The notes beneath the pieces are model-generated. The model had not been told where the DNA came from. It did no database searches and worked only from the letters and a program-made list of their open reading frames with translations. Shown one piece after another: positions 24,965 through 33,550 of a stretch of 55,690 nucleotides of DNA. The translations under genes were made by a program, and so were the position numbers. The number at the start of each line of letters is the position of its first letter. Position 1 is the first letter of the stretch. The DNA comes from an uncultured Candidatus Saccharibacteria bacterium (GTDB taxonomy: Bacteria > Patescibacteriota > Saccharimonadia > Saccharimonadales > CAZNVG01), in NCBI GenBank assembly GCA_964576475.1, contig CAZNVG010000005.1:1-55690 (forward strand), given 5' to 3'.

Positions 24965-27900
24965 TTAGTTACCTATTCCAAATATTTTTTGTAATGTGGT
25001 GAATATGATGGTGAATACGTTCTCGGATGCCCTACCAATGATGGCGGTTTGTGGATCTGAGAGTGCACTATTTCCACTCCTATCCCCAGAAACTGCTCGT
25101 ATTTGGTAAATACTAGATGTCGGTATATCCGACACAACAACAGTATGCTCGAGCGATAGCCGAGCATCCTCTGCTGTTCTGTTGGTCAAATCGCCACCTT
25201 CACCTTGTCCAAATGCTACCTGAGAAGTTGCTGGTTCGTCTGTCTTCCATGACACAATGATCTGCCCACGTGCTTGTCCACCATTGCCTCGTACACTTGT
25301 CTCGATGCTGACGTCGCTAATCTTTGGTGGTCGTGTATCCAGTGCCGTATGGAATGTCTGTGTATCTGACGTAGCAGTGTTACCAGCACTATCTCGAGAT
25401 GTAGCCACAAGGGTATAGTCGGTGTCATCTTCTAGTCCACGAATAGTCAGGGTGTGTTCGGTGGTGAGGGTGGAGCTGGTTTCTGCTAACTCCTTTCCGT
25501 TGAGCGCAGTATATGTAGCCGTTGAGGTGGTTGGTACGTTAGTCGTCCAGGTGACTTGTTTAGTGCTGCTTGGCTCACCTTCAACTGTGGAGATTCGTAA
25601 ATTGCTGATGCGGGGGCGAGCTGGTGTAGTGAATGAGTAGATGTCGCCCTGATACTCGTTTCCTTCAGGGTCAAGTCCATTCAGCTTGTAGAAGTACTTG
25701 CTTCCATCGTCTAGCTCGCTAAGTCGCATGCTGTAGGAAGATAGCTCGCTGGATGTGTCTATTTCTTTAACTGCACCGAAGGCTTCTGACTTCCCGTAAT
25801 AGAGCTTTACTTTGCTGGCATTGAGCGAAGTCAGGTTAATAACCGCCCCTGACACAGAAACTTCCGAAGCACTTACTTCGCTGAATGTTGGCGCGGGCAA
25901 TGTAACGAAACTATGTTCCTGCGATGTGCCGGTGTTGCCGTCAGAATCTGTCCAGTGCGCAACGTAATAATATCGAGTGCCAGGCTGGAGGTTGGTAAGA
26001 TTCACCGAATGATTGGACGATTGGATTGAATTACCGATTTCAGCAGGGAAGTAGCTTCCAGGTGTTGTTCCGATAGAGACTTTCGAGTCACTTTCTCGAT
26101 CGGTGAACCAAAACAGTGTTGCTTTCCTGGTGGTGATGTCTTTTTCCCGAGGCTGGTCAGTGTCTGCCGTTAATTTAGCCGGTTCCGTGAAGCGGCCGGT
26201 TGGTCGACGACTAGCGGAAGTCGATGGCACGCTGCAATTACCGGCATTGTCGCAGGCTTTAATTTTGTAGTAATACAGCACTTGGTTTAAGCCAGAGTCA
26301 ACGAAGCTAGTATTCGTTGACGACGTTGAACCTACCTCGTCATACGTAGCGTCGTCAGTAGAACGTAGAATTCTGTACGACGCCACCCCAGAACCTTCCT
26401 GCGAAGGTGGACTCCAAGAGGATGCTAGCTTCCAAGTGCTCGTAGCTCTAATTGAGACATCAGATAGCTCAAGGTTTTGAGGTACGCCTGGAGCGGTTGT
26501 CGTGGCGGTGAAGGTTATGCTGGCGACTTTCGTATTATCGAAGTTGCCTGTGATGTCCTTAGTGGCTATATAAAAGGTGTTGACTCCTTGTTGAGTCGCA
26601 TATGGGCCCGCAGCAAGCTGTGTAATACCCGCGCCAGTTAGATTGCAGTTGCTGCCATCCGCCGCAATAGTGACATTTACCGTCCAGCAATAGTTTGTTT
26701 GGCTCGACGAGCCGTATAGCGTTGTCGGTATGTCCCATGTGAATGAGAATGAGTTCTCGGTATTAGACGACGGGGTAACTGAGAGATTGTTTGGTGCATC
26801 ACTTGCGGTGTGCGTGATAAGGAATATTCCCATGTTGTACGCACCGTTTACGTTCCCTGCATTATCCAAGATGATCATTGTGATAGCGTTTACGCCCGCC
26901 ACAGAGTCATCAAGTCTGTCGAAATCGGCAGGTACCGTAGTGAGGCTACCTGCGCTCACAGGTATGACATCAGATACGTCCCGAGGATTGCCGCTTGTAT
27001 GGTTAGCGCCGTACCAGTTCTGGCTAGATGCATCACATCCACTAAATCCTGTAATTGCACTTGTGACACAGTACTTATACCCCGCGATTCCTGACCCGTT
27101 ATCCTGGAAAGAAGCTTGTGATAACCACGTCAAAGTTATGGTTTTAGAATTCACAGCTGAAGGCAGGTTGTATAGCGTTCCTGCTTGAGGTAGATCATTA
27201 TCATAGGAGAAACTTGATGTTGTAGGTGTGCTCAGATTGCCGAAATTGTCGAGCGCCTGAAGTATAACGTAGTAGGTAGATCCTGTGCTGAATGAAGAGT
27301 TGAGCTGGTTAGCAATTTCTAAGTAGGTGCCGGTAATTGCGTACTGGCACGCACCATTCGTGTTTATCTCGCTGGTTCCGCCAATCATGCCAGCTGTGGA
27401 CGAGAGATCAGGGTTGCTGTCTGTACCAACATATACACAATAGCCGGCGGTCCCAGACTCAGCATCAACTACGGAGTCCCACGAGAAGTACGGAATTGTT
27501 CTTGCCCAACCGCCATCATTGATTATTTCTCCACCGTCGCTGTTACGCATGACCAAGTTTTGCGGAGAGGTGGGCGGTTCTTCGTCAACCAGATATTCAA
27601 TCGACACTGCAGAGACATGGAAATCGTTGCTGGAATTTGATGACATTTGCAACAAATACTGTACGTATCGAGCGCCATTCTCGCCACCGCATCTACTGGT
27701 GCTTAAAGCTTGCCCGCTACTGATAAGTCCACAATATCTGTATTCTCCAGTTGCAGCTTCGGTCGTTCCGGTTCTAGCAAATAAGCCGACATTACCAGTG
27801 CCTGAAGTGTCTATAGTAACGTTTCCGAACATAGTTCCTGTCGTTCCGAGGTCATACACGGGAGACTCGATCTGGCCAGTATAGCCACCTTGGAATTCTT

Positions 27901-29953
27901 CAATTGAAAATGCAGTGTTGTTTACGCGTGCGACTGAGTCGTAACTTATTATGCTCCTCACGGTCAGGAAGCCTCCCCAGGCTCGAAGTCTTGCGAGCAC
28001 ATCTCCCGTCTCTGTAGTGTCCTCTACGTCAACTTCCTCGTAACTTCGGCCAGAGTCGGTACTGATGTAATAGTCACTTCCCCCGTCAACTTTTGCAACT
28101 TGCTTAATGCGAACAAAGCTGCCGAATGGCAGTTTCTTGGGGTTGTTAACCACTGAGCTTGTGTTAGCAGGGTAATGATCGAGGTAGCTTGCCGTGTAGT
28201 ACGGCACGGAATTATCGCACTGCCCCGGTTTCGTAAAGTACAGAGCCTCGGAGTAGCTGACGTCAGCGTCAATCTCAAAAAAGCCCGGCGTATCACCACA
28301 GCTGTAATTGTCGTTAGCCACCGATACATCGTATTCAATAGCACGGGGTTTTGACCGATCCCATGTCGCACTATTTGTGAGCCAGCCGTTTGAGTGGTTA
28401 CGTAGTTCCACAAACCCGTTGCTATCAACAGTGTAATCCCATCGGCTACTCCAGCCGTCACCCAAAGTTGGTTGTGCGTATTTCGTGATGGTGCTGTTTG
28501 CAAAATCTGAGACATAGATATTATTGTCTGGACCAATATCAAGTGTCGCTGCGTTGCTATTCCATTTAGACAGAAAGACACCAGCACTGGTGAAAACCTG
28601 CACTCGTCCGTTGCCTCCGTCGCTGACGAATATTTTTCCTGTTGAATCGACTGCAATAGCACCAGGATGATCAAACTGACCATTTCCAGTGCCGTATGAG
28701 CCAAGTTGGTGGAATGGAATATCTCCAGGATTCATAGTCAGGTCGCCACCGATGATGACTATACGGTTATTACCGTAGTCATTTATACCTACCTGATATC
28801 CGCCATCCTTGGGGATACATGTAGCCATGCGCGGATCGTCAAACTTGCCGTAGTCAGTACCATATTCGCCTGCCGAAGCTATAAAAAATCCACCAGTACT
28901 CCACCACTGGATGCGATTATTTCCATTGTCCACAATATAGAGACTGTTAGAATCGCATACTGCAATGCCAGTAGGATTAATCATCTCGCCGTCACCGGTG
29001 CCCGAACTACCAAAACCAAACTGGTATGAGCCATCACTTCCGGAGTACACCTTTACGAAATTTCCCTGGTCAATCACGTAGAGGTTACCATTTCCGGGGT
29101 GTATAGATATTTGTGAAGGGTCGTTGAGCTCGCCCGCTCCTGTGCCGGCTTCACCGATGAGATCGACGAAGTCGCCGCTGCTGTCATATTTTACGACCCT
29201 TGAATTACCAGAATCAGCCACATATACGTTTCCGCTTGAATCAACCGTCACACCTTTAGGATTTTGTAGATTATTGTTACCAGAACCAGCACCGCCCCAA
29301 CTATCCAGCGTGGCAGTAGTTGAGGTGTTGGTTGGAAAATCACTCTTGAGATTGAGAATAGAATCAGTCGCAGTCGAGTTTGCCCCAGCATTGCCGTAAT
29401 ACATGAAGATTGTCTGGCCAGTTTGTATTGGGACCTGGACCAGCACACTGGCCCATTGACCATCGACTTTGTCTATGAGGTAGTACGGAAGGTCTGTATC
29501 GTTTGTATCAGAGGTAAACCTGAGGTCATCGAAGCTTGATCTCATGGCTGATTTATACTGAACAGTTAGCTGTACGTTTACGTTTGTTTCGGCAGCAGGA
29601 ACGATATCTAATAAAACAGATTGACGCCGTGTCCATGACGTGTCGCAAGCACTCGTGTTACACCAAGCAATAGCACCACCCGAGTCATCGAGCGTTAAGT
29701 CGGTGTCTGCAACAACGCCGGTCTTAGAGGCATATTGGTTTTGTGTATTTGTGCCAACACCCCCAGACCAATCTGTCTGAGATAGCTGTGAGTAGGCACC
29801 TAGTTTTGTGGCAGGCGCAAGCGGAATAAGGAGCACGAACGCAAATGATGCGAGAAAGACAAACGACCATAATCGACGAGAACGCCAAAGAGACGCGATA
29901 CCGCGTCCTCTCATTTCAGACCGATCTGTTTTTGACCTCAGTTTCATGTTCAT
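24965..29953 (-). CDS. Giant surface protein C (1662 aa): DUF2341-like domain, NHL repeats, FN3/Ig-like repeats
   Basis: SQTDWSGG, DUF2341-like block, NHL repeats (LQNPKGVTVDSSGNVYVADSGNSRV; FDHPGAIAVDSTGKIFVSDGGNGRVQVF), FN3-like modules, tail NVFTIIFTTLQKIFGIGN. Confidence 0.88.
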   Translation of the reverse strand: MNMKLRSKTDRSEMRGRGIASLWRSRRLWSFVFLASFAFVLLIPLAPATKLGAYSQLSQTDWSGGVGTNTQNQYASKTGVVADTDLTLDDSGGAIAWCNTSACDTSWTRRQSVLLDIVPAAETNVNVQLTVQYKSAMRSSFDDLRFTSDTNDTDLPYYLIDKVDGQWASVLVQVPIQTGQTIFMYYGNAGANSTATDSILNLKSDFPTNTSTTATLDSWGGAGSGNNNLQNPKGVTVDSSGNVYVADSGNSRVVKYDSSGDFVDLIGEAGTGAGELNDPSQISIHPGNGNLYVIDQGNFVKVYSGSDGSYQFGFGSSGTGDGEMINPTGIAVCDSNSLYIVDNGNNRIQWWSTGGFFIASAGEYGTDYGKFDDPRMATCIPKDGGYQVGINDYGNNRIVIIGGDLTMNPGDIPFHQLGSYGTGNGQFDHPGAIAVDSTGKIFVSDGGNGRVQVFTSAGVFLSKWNSNAATLDIGPDNNIYVSDFANSTITKYAQPTLGDGWSSRWDYTVDSNGFVELRNHSNGWLTNSATWDRSKPRAIEYDVSVANDNYSCGDTPGFFEIDADVSYSEALYFTKPGQCDNSVPYYTASYLDHYPANTSSVVNNPKKLPFGSFVRIKQVAKVDGGSDYYISTDSGRSYEEVDVEDTTETGDVLARLRAWGGFLTVRSIISYDSVARVNNTAFSIEEFQGGYTGQIESPVYDLGTTGTMFGNVTIDTSGTGNVGLFARTGTTEAATGEYRYCGLISSGQALSTSRCGGENGARYVQYLLQMSSNSSNDFHVSAVSIEYLVDEEPPTSPQNLVMRNSDGGEIINDGGWARTIPYFSWDSVVDAESGTAGYCVYVGTDSNPDLSSTAGMIGGTSEINTNGACQYAITGTYLEIANQLNSSFSTGSTYYVILQALDNFGNLSTPTTSSFSYDNDLPQAGTLYNLPSAVNSKTITLTWLSQASFQDNGSGIAGYKYCVTSAITGFSGCDASSQNWYGANHTSGNPRDVSDVIPVSAGSLTTVPADFDRLDDSVAGVNAITMIILDNAGNVNGAYNMGIFLITHTASDAPNNLSVTPSSNTENSFSFTWDIPTTLYGSSSQTNYCWTVNVTIAADGSNCNLTGAGITQLAAGPYATQQGVNTFYIATKDITGNFDNTKVASITFTATTTAPGVPQNLELSDVSIRATSTWKLASSWSPPSQEGSGVASYRILRSTDDATYDEVGSTSSTNTSFVDSGLNQVLYYYKIKACDNAGNCSVPSTSASRRPTGRFTEPAKLTADTDQPREKDITTRKATLFWFTDRESDSKVSIGTTPGSYFPAEIGNSIQSSNHSVNLTNLQPGTRYYYVAHWTDSDGNTGTSQEHSFVTLPAPTFSEVSASEVSVSGAVINLTSLNASKVKLYYGKSEAFGAVKEIDTSSELSSYSMRLSELDDGSKYFYKLNGLDPEGNEYQGDIYSFTTPARPRISNLRISTVEGEPSSTKQVTWTTNVPTTSTATYTALNGKELAETSSTLTTEHTLTIRGLEDDTDYTLVATSRDSAGNTATSDTQTFHTALDTRPPKISDVSIETSVRGNGGQARGQIIVSWKTDEPATSQVAFGQGEGGDLTNRTAEDARLSLEHTVVVSDIPTSSIYQIRAVSGDRSGNSALSDPQTAIIGRASENVFTIIFTTLQKIFGIGN
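25068..25478. repeat. 411-bp near-identical repeat (3' end of giant gene C)
   Basis: Matches 20921-21331 with one mismatch. Confidence 0.95.
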
Positions 29954-30012
29954 AAAATGCTTAAGCTCTTAGCGCTTATTCTAACATGAACACTGCCCCG
30001 AGGGCACCCCTT

Positions 30013-30618
30013 TTAATACTGCTTCAGTGTCACCCCTGTTGCAATGCGGAGTAATTTTCTAGAGCTTTGTTGGTGCATGTACACAGCCACGTAGTGAAAT
30101 GCGGTGTCTCGTTTTTTCTCCACAGGAGTATTCCTATCGGCCATCACTGTGAAGTAGTCTTTAGCTACTGATTCCTCATCAAAATAATCAATGAAATACG
30201 AAGTAGCACCATCAGTGTTTTTGTTGTTTTTGAAAGTTTCGAGAATAGTGTCGTTTAGTGAAATAAGTCGGTCAGTGCGACGTTCCGAAGTAACTACCGA
30301 AATTCGTCCGCTCAACGGTTTACCTTGTTCGGGTTGATTCAGAATGGTGTACTGCAACGGACCGTCAGTAGGACCTGTGTTGTCGTTTGCGGAAATAGTC
30401 AGCGACTGAGGTGTTGTCGTTTGTGTGGTGTCTGGAGCGCTATTGTTCGCATAGACAGCGAGAATAGCTACAACCAGCAACATCAAACTACAAAGAATAA
30501 CTCCGCGAGTTTTTGTAAATGCACGACCTAATATTTTTTTGAGTATTTTAGGCTGAAGCAAAGTTAGCACAAGCCCAGGGAGTGCAATACAAAGCAGTAG
30601 ACCAAGTAGATAGGGCAC
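30013..30618 (-). CDS. Membrane-anchored hypothetical protein
   Basis: Two N-terminal hydrophobic segments, Thr-rich linker, soluble C-domain. Confidence 0.65.
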   Translation of the reverse strand: MPYLLGLLLCIALPGLVLTLLQPKILKKILGRAFTKTRGVILCSLMLLVVAILAVYANNSAPDTTQTTTPQSLTISANDNTGPTDGPLQYTILNQPEQGKPLSGRISVVTSERRTDRLISLNDTILETFKNNKNTDGATSYFIDYFDEESVAKDYFTVMADRNTPVEKKRDTAFHYVAVYMHQQSSRKLLRIATGVTLKQY

Positions 30619-30755
30619 CAGTTAAAACCTTTCGTTACCATATGCAGTATATAGTATTTGGCCTGCATGCATGACGACATCATGGTGTCGTTGAAGCTGC
30701 TGTATGTAAGATTCTGTACAGCAGCTAAGTATCCGATCGCTTATCTTAGTTGGGT

Positions 30756-31202
30756 ATGAAAACTCCATATCCACCAACCTACCAAACAGCAAAACTTCAG
30801 ACGAAAGCATATCGCAATCTTAAGCTCGCGGTCGCAGAATTGCTTAAGCCTCATGGGTTGAGCATGATCCAGTGGGCGGCGCTGGGGGTGATAAAAGACG
30901 CTGGCAAGAGAGGCACGCAGATGAGTGATATTGCGAGTGAACTTTCTACTTCTTTGGCTTTTACGACGAACACTATTGATATATTGGCGTCACGTAGACT
31001 TGTCCGACGCAAAGCCAGTCCTACTGATAAACGCGTTAGGACGGTTATTATCACGACAACGGCAGAGAAGATTATTGACGATTATGAACTGCAACTGCAA
31101 AAGTCAGTACGCACTGATTTGTTCGCAAAAGCAGGTATTAGTAAAGACGAACACGACGCGTATTTACATGTGCTTGCCAAGCTTGCTGATGTAAAACTTT
31201 AG
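30756..31202 (+). CDS. MarR-family transcriptional regulator
   Basis: GLSMIQWAALGVI...SDIASELSTS...LASRRLVRRKASPTDKRVRTVIIT (winged-helix DxR motif). ATG at 30756 preferred to TTG at 30750. Confidence 0.88.
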   Translation: MKTPYPPTYQTAKLQTKAYRNLKLAVAELLKPHGLSMIQWAALGVIKDAGKRGTQMSDIASELSTSLAFTTNTIDILASRRLVRRKASPTDKRVRTVIITTTAEKIIDDYELQLQKSVRTDLFAKAGISKDEHDAYLHVLAKLADVKL

Positions 31203-31963
31203 CGTGGTCGGCGGGGAATAAACTTACTAGTGTGTTTAGCGTATTCGCGAAACTCTGGGTTGTTGGACATTTTCTTCTCAAGCAGCGGCACTCCTGAGAC
31301 ATATAGCAGTAAGCCATTGATAGTAAGTGGGCTCGCCAGCAGCCAGATTGCCCATGGCATACTGCCAAGGCTAATAATCCAGATTCCCCACCACATAGTT
31401 GCCTCACCAAAATAATTAGGGTGGCGGGTGTATTGCCAAAGGCCGGTAGTCATTACTTTGCCTTTATTTTTGGGCTTTGCGACAAAATCTCGAAGTTCTC
31501 TGTCTCCAACAGATTCAAAGAAAAATCCAAATATCCATACCAACACGCCACTCAGTAAAAAGTAGTAACCAAGCGTGCTGACGTCATGAGAGTTTACATA
31601 AATGACAGGCTGCACAATGACCCACATTAGTAGTGCCTGAAGCAGGTACACCTGAAGGTATGCTCGAAACAGTGCAGATTTACCCCATTGTTTGCGCCAC
31701 TCGGCGTATCGCCAGTCCTCGCCACGTCCTCGATTTCTTCGAATAATATGCCACGCGAGTCGTACGCCCCAGACTGTGACTAATAGTGTGACGATGAGAT
31801 GATTGACACTAATAACGTCAGTTTTCATAAAGCTATACCAAGCAACCACTACAAAGCCTAAGCCCCAGAGTGGATCGACGATACTGTTATCCTTCAGTAG
31901 CTGACCGATAATAAATGCTCCGTGGAAGAGCGCCAAAATTATTAGTAGACTTGTCCAGATCAT
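31199..31963 (-). CDS. DUF1295 / steroid 5-alpha-reductase-like membrane protein
   Basis: DNSIVDPLWGLGF, GEDWRY, FFESVGD.EL..F, TGLWQYTRHPNYFGE..MWWG, SGVPLLE. Confidence 0.9.
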   Translation of the reverse strand: MIWTSLLIILALFHGAFIIGQLLKDNSIVDPLWGLGFVVVAWYSFMKTDVISVNHLIVTLLVTVWGVRLAWHIIRRNRGRGEDWRYAEWRKQWGKSALFRAYLQVYLLQALLMWVIVQPVIYVNSHDVSTLGYYFLLSGVLVWIFGFFFESVGDRELRDFVAKPKNKGKVMTTGLWQYTRHPNYFGEATMWWGIWIISLGSMPWAIWLLASPLTINGLLLYVSGVPLLEKKMSNNPEFREYAKHTSKFIPRRPR

Positions 31964-32053
31964 ATTGCTAATAGTTTATCATGTGACGTTTATAAAACGG
32001 CCGACCCTTCGCGAGGCAAAAGGCCGGCCGGTAATTGCTCCTCAGCAAGTAGC

Positions 32054-32623
32054 TTAGTTGGGCATTACCACTGTATCTATTACGTGGATAACACCGTTTT
32101 TAGCGGCAATGTCAGCCTTAGACACAGTGCTCATGCCACCTTTGGCGTCTGTTAGTGTGACTGTGCCGTTAGAAATATTTACCTTAAGTTGACCGCCCTG
32201 GACCGTTGTGAGAACTTGTCCGTCCTTCAAATCAGTACTCATAGCTTTAGCCGGTACAACATGATAGGTCAAAATGCCGGCGAGAGTTGTTTTGTTCTCT
32301 GGTTTCAAAAGTGACTCTACTGTTCCTGCTGGCAATTTTTCAAATGCTGCATTGGTTGGAGCGAAGACGGTAAACGGTCCTTCACCGCTCAGCGTCTCTG
32401 CTAATCCTGCTGCTTTTACAGCAGTAACTAATGTACTAAAGTCTGGATTTCCTGCAGCGATTTCGACAATGTTTTGTGTTGGCGCTTGTTGTTCGCTTGT
32501 CATAGATGAGTCGGCTGTCTTAGGTTCGTCTTTGTCATTGCGACTCATTGCGAACCACACGCCTCCTGCGACGACTACTGCTGCTATAATTACTCCGATA
32601 ACTACGTTTGATGATTTTTCCAT
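32054..32623 (-). CDS. Fasciclin (FAS1) domain protein with N-terminal anchor
   Basis: FSTLVTAVKAAGL...GPFTVFAPTNAAF (H1), ILTYHVV, NGVIHVIDTVVMP (H2). Confidence 0.93.
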   Translation of the reverse strand: MEKSSNVVIGVIIAAVVVAGGVWFAMSRNDKDEPKTADSSMTSEQQAPTQNIVEIAAGNPDFSTLVTAVKAAGLAETLSGEGPFTVFAPTNAAFEKLPAGTVESLLKPENKTTLAGILTYHVVPAKAMSTDLKDGQVLTTVQGGQLKVNISNGTVTLTDAKGGMSTVSKADIAAKNGVIHVIDTVVMPN

Positions 32624-32684
32624 ATATCCCCTTTATTTATAATGCCCTTGTTCTGCCAGGTGTACGCTAGCGAAGCGATTACCG

Positions 32685-33257
32685 CTAGTTTCTCCTTTCT
32701 ATTGATCTATAAATGAACGTGACAATACCGTCTACGAGCTCCTTGCGTTCTTTCCCCTTCGGAGGGTTTGGAAAGTATTCCAGAACAAAGCCGTTGATAG
32801 CATGGGTTATTATCTTTGACTGCTCTTCAATATTGAGATTCGGGTCAAGCTCGCCAGCTTCAAGGCCAAGCTTTAATACTTCTTCGATGTGAAGATATGC
32901 TTTTGCTGGCACGTAGCCGTTTTTGAGTTTTGCGAACGTGGGTCGGAAGTGCAGGTAGTATTTCAAGACAAAAACGACATCTTCTGCATGATCAAACTGA
33001 AAGTTTACTCTTTGAGTCAATGCTTCGAGTGTAGATTTGGGTTTTTTGAGCGCGGCGCGTTCGATGCCTAATTTCGTGTTGGTTGAGTCAAAAATCGACT
33101 TAAGTAGCACGTCTTTATCCTTGAAATGGTGATATGTGACTGAGCTTGCAACCCCGGCACTCTGTGCCAATGTGCGCATACTCAATCCTTCGTAACTGCC
33201 TCGCGCAAATATGGACTTGCCGATATCAATCAAATGCTGTTTGGTGTCTGAACTCAT
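32685..33257 (-). CDS. TetR/AcrR-family transcriptional regulator
   Basis: IFARGSYEGLSMRTLAQSAGVASSVTYHHFKDKDVL helix-turn-helix. Confidence 0.92.
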   Translation of the reverse strand: MSSDTKQHLIDIGKSIFARGSYEGLSMRTLAQSAGVASSVTYHHFKDKDVLLKSIFDSTNTKLGIERAALKKPKSTLEALTQRVNFQFDHAEDVVFVLKYYLHFRPTFAKLKNGYVPAKAYLHIEEVLKLGLEAGELDPNLNIEEQSKIITHAINGFVLEYFPNPPKGKERKELVDGIVTFIYRSIERRN

Positions 33258-33263
33258 ATGAGT

Positions 33264-33280
33264 ATTATATCGAACGTTCG
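33264..33280 (-). promoter_or_regulatory. Leaderless -10 box with adjacent palindromic operator for the TetR gene
   Basis: Minus-strand TATAAT (33269-33264) lies 6 nt before the ATG. Perfect palindrome CGAACGTTCG at 33271-33280. Confidence 0.55.
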
Positions 33281-33550
33281 TTCTAATGCAACTAAATGGT
33301 GCAAATTCTACGACAATAAAAATCTGTAAACAAAAGCCCTATGGTGTCATACTACTTTGTATTGACATTACATATGGTGGAATCACGTGAAATTCGTGAG
33401 CTGTGCCGCAACTGTGAACTGTTTTCTCCGTCGAAACCAGGAGCCAGACACACCAAAGAAACGAAAATCCCGAGCAGGATAAAGCGTACTAACCAGTCTT
33501 TGACTGGTGGTTTACCTACCCTCGCTCGGCAAAAAAGCGAGGGTATTTTA

